64,000 nt of DNA from a virus. Lineage: Duplodnaviria; Caudoviricetes. Positions 62,076 to 64,000 of the stretch are shown here, piece by piece; position 1 is the stretch's first letter; every line of letters starts with the position of its first letter. A model generated the notes under the pieces. That model was given only the letters and a program-made list of their open reading frames with translations. It did not search any database and was not told the DNA's origin. Where the stretch lies: positions 1 to 64,000 of IMG/VR virus record IMGVR_UViG_3300031993_000041; one strand, written 5' to 3'. A program made the translations under genes and the position numbers.

Positions 62076-64000
62076 TTATAGGAAGAGTGACCCTTGGTAA
62101 GTCAGAGACGCGTCAAAAGCCTCCACATGACAAGATGTCAGAATTCTGTTGACAGGTGCGAGATACAGCTTTTCGAACATCGCCTCACGGTCTATCGTCG
62201 CACCGATGTCCATAAGCGTCCTCTCATTCACTTCAGTATCCTGAGAAAATGCAAGAACGTCTATCATATCTTCATCAGTCTCGTCTCCCCTCGACACCTT
62301 GCATATAGCCCTGCTGTTCTTCAGTATCGCCATACGAACCTTGTCTCCGTCCTTTATTCGTGAATACCTGTTTGACAAACCTGGTTTCTTACTGATAAGA
62401 TAATTCCAGAGTACTGCACCTTTCACGGTAGGCGGAGTCTTATTCATAATATGTATATTGCCTGTATCGCTTATGACATATTTCTCGTAGGTGTTAAGTG
62501 ACGAAAGCTCGCAGATGTCTGTTATAGGAGCCTGCATAAAGATTTTCTTCATCTCCCTCAAATGCTCTATGATGTTGTCAGGCGTTATGACACCAAGCTT
62601 GAGCGAATATAGAAGGGTCTTTGAATATAGGTCACGCAGAAATTTTGTATACGTGCTCTTAATATTCTCGAGACCAGTGCTCTTAATCTTCGTATACGGC
62701 TGGTAGTAAACATTTGGGTCGGTCCAGCGTATATCCTGAACATATCTGTTCTTTCCTGTCCATATACCAGAATGGCAGTATGACTCGAATTCAAAATTAA
62801 GAAGTTCCCCATTTGCGTTGTACCTTCTGCTGTAATCAGCAAGAACCTCCTTAAAGAAATCCTTGAGAAATACCCTGTAAAGACACATCGCGAAATAACA
62901 TGGGTCTGGGTCTATAAGCTCTATCGACTTATATCCTTCTATATTCTCGTTCTGGACTTCTTTGAAAAACTTAAGAGCCTGCTCCTCTGTCTCCAATCCC
63001 TTCGCAGAACAATAGATGCTATACTCATTCATAGAAAGCTTCCATACCTTATTCTTCATCCAATCAGTGCTGTTAATGACCTCATATACTGAATAATAGA
63101 TGGAATCCGTCGCGATATAGACGCTGACATTACCTGTAACTTTCCCTATTACGCTGGTATTCATCTTTTTATGGACATCTGTCTTTTGCTGCCATGTTGT
63201 CTTGAACATTTCGTTAAGAAGCTTTTCAACATAAAGGATACAATCCTTGCCTTGCAGCGTGATGGATTCAGCAATGTTTATATCGAAGAACCTGAAACTT
63301 TCGAAACCAAAAGCTCCGTATGTCGCGTTAATGATTGTCTTCGCCGCCCATTGCTTGTCATCATTGATGTGCATTTGCTTATACAGCTCGTCAAGGTATT
63401 CTTTGAATTCCTCCACGGTTATTGATTCCCGTTTGACGTCGCTTGTCTTGTTATAGTATTCAAGCAGTTTGTCGATACCTGGATTCGTAAGCATCAGCTC
63501 ACGGCCTTCTTCGTATTTCTGCTTGTATATCTCCATAACCTTCTTATATCCCTTTCTTTGCAGATAAAGGTCTTTAAGCATCTTAGGCAACACACCTTCT
63601 TCTTTCTTGTATACGGCTCCTGACGCACATCTGATGAATCCCAATTGGATTTCCTTGAATCCGCCTCGTTCCTCCTGACGTACGTATGTTTCAGGCGATA
63701 TGTTGAATTGACGCATGATGTTAGGATACAGGGATGCGAAGTCACAAGCCATACAGTAGAAATGCTTTCCGAGCACAGGCTGCTTGAAGAAGGCACCTTC
63801 ATAAGAACTCTCCTTCTTATTCTTATTCTCGACAACCGGGATAACCCTGCCTTCTTTCGCGTAATAGAACCTTATGGCGTCAGCGACAAGCAATGACCTT
63901 GTAGCACTTTCAGAAGCCTTCGACCTTGTCAGCGATGACATACCAATACCAGTCGTCAGCGATTTCGTGACATTATGAATCTGTTGAACAACCACGGAGT
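62076..64000 (-). CDS. Family B DNA polymerase, C-terminal part (5' end beyond window)
   Basis: DFASLYPNIMRQFNISPET, KTIINATYGAFG, YIATDS, K.RY; the frame is open to the edge. Confidence 0.93.
   Translation of the reverse strand, partial: SVVVQQIHNVTKSLTTGIGMSSLTRSKASESATRSLLVADAIRFYYAKEGRVIPVVENKNKKESSYEGAFFKQPVLGKHFYCMACDFASLYPNIMRQFNISPETYVRQEERGGFKEIQLGFIRCASGAVYKKEEGVLPKMLKDLYLQRKGYKKVMEIYKQKYEEGRELMLTNPGIDKLLEYYNKTSDVKRESITVEEFKEYLDELYKQMHINDDKQWAAKTIINATYGAFGFESFRFFDINIAESITLQGKDCILYVEKLLNEMFKTTWQQKTDVHKKMNTSVIGKVTGNVSVYIATDSIYYSVYEVINSTDWMKNKVWKLSMNEYSIYCSAKGLETEEQALKFFKEVQNENIEGYKSIELIDPDPCYFAMCLYRVFLKDFFKEVLADYSRRYNANGELLNFEFESYCHSGIWTGKNRYVQDIRWTDPNVYYQPYTKIKSTGLENIKSTYTKFLRDLYSKTLLYSLKLGVITPDNIIEHLREMKKIFMQAPITDICELSSLNTYEKYVISDTGNIHIMNKTPPTVKGAVLWNYLISKKPGLSNRYSRIKDGDKVRMAILKNSRAICKVSRGDETDEDMIDVLAFSQDTEVNERTLMDIGATIDREAMFEKLYLAPVNRILTSCHVEAFDASLTYQGSLFL

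Noticed and set aside
1694-63896. Numerous 60-320-aa ORFs antisense to or nested in core genes (for example 23573-24532, 61486-62100, 54982-55626, 11368-11904)
   Set aside because: They are shadows of real genes on the opposite strand or in another frame, rich in Ser/Phe/Ile as expected for antisense of Glu/Lys/Asp-rich proteins.
1-64000. Amber-recoded genetic code (code 15), as in Lak megaphages
   Set aside because: ORFs of 1000-1470 codons have no in-frame TAG. TAG ends at least seven genes, including a TAG-TGA double stop (56850) and a convergent TTAG overlap (16185-88). No CTA-anticodon tRNA is present in the window.

Overview
A 64-kb segment of a T4-like jumbo myophage genome read in standard code 11, mostly on the minus strand. 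A Bacteroidota (Prevotella-like) host is inferred from a TAnnTTTG promoter, a DUF5675-holin lysis module and the small-gene families. Core genes are recognisable by motif: gp41-like helicase, UvsW, RNase H-like 5'-3' exonuclease, clamp loader, primase, gp46/SbcC, UvsY, RecA/UvsX, family-B DNA polymerase (runs off the right edge), small terminase, gp4, gp6, gp14, gp15, gp26, gp51-like proteins and a holin. Accessory enzymes include a thymidylate-synthase homologue with dCMP-type active-site residues, two glycosyltransferase-like proteins, an EcoRI-family methylase, a RimK-protease-ATP-grasp fusion, a TupA-like ATP-grasp, and GNAT and HD-like proteins. The standout region is a ~6-kb, almost ORF-free RNA island at 46.97-52.95 kb (minus strand). 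It holds 10 canonical tRNAs (including a rare Leu-AAG), a tmRNA with a ~33-aa tag, a ~500-nt ornate ROOL-like RNA and a TnpB remnant. It also holds at least six oversized tRNA-like RNAs (112-198 nt) that keep an acceptor stem and T-arm but carry greatly expanded D and/or anticodon arms. A T-arm-first (permuted, Y-RNA-like) element, a duplicated covarying ~57-nt RNA motif and several more structured spacers complete the island. Two recurrent promoter-like motifs are visible: T4-late-like (T/C)ATAAATA and AAACGTTGTTT(T/A)TTATATA in 11 copies. All RNA folds were done by eye and need covariance-model confirmation.
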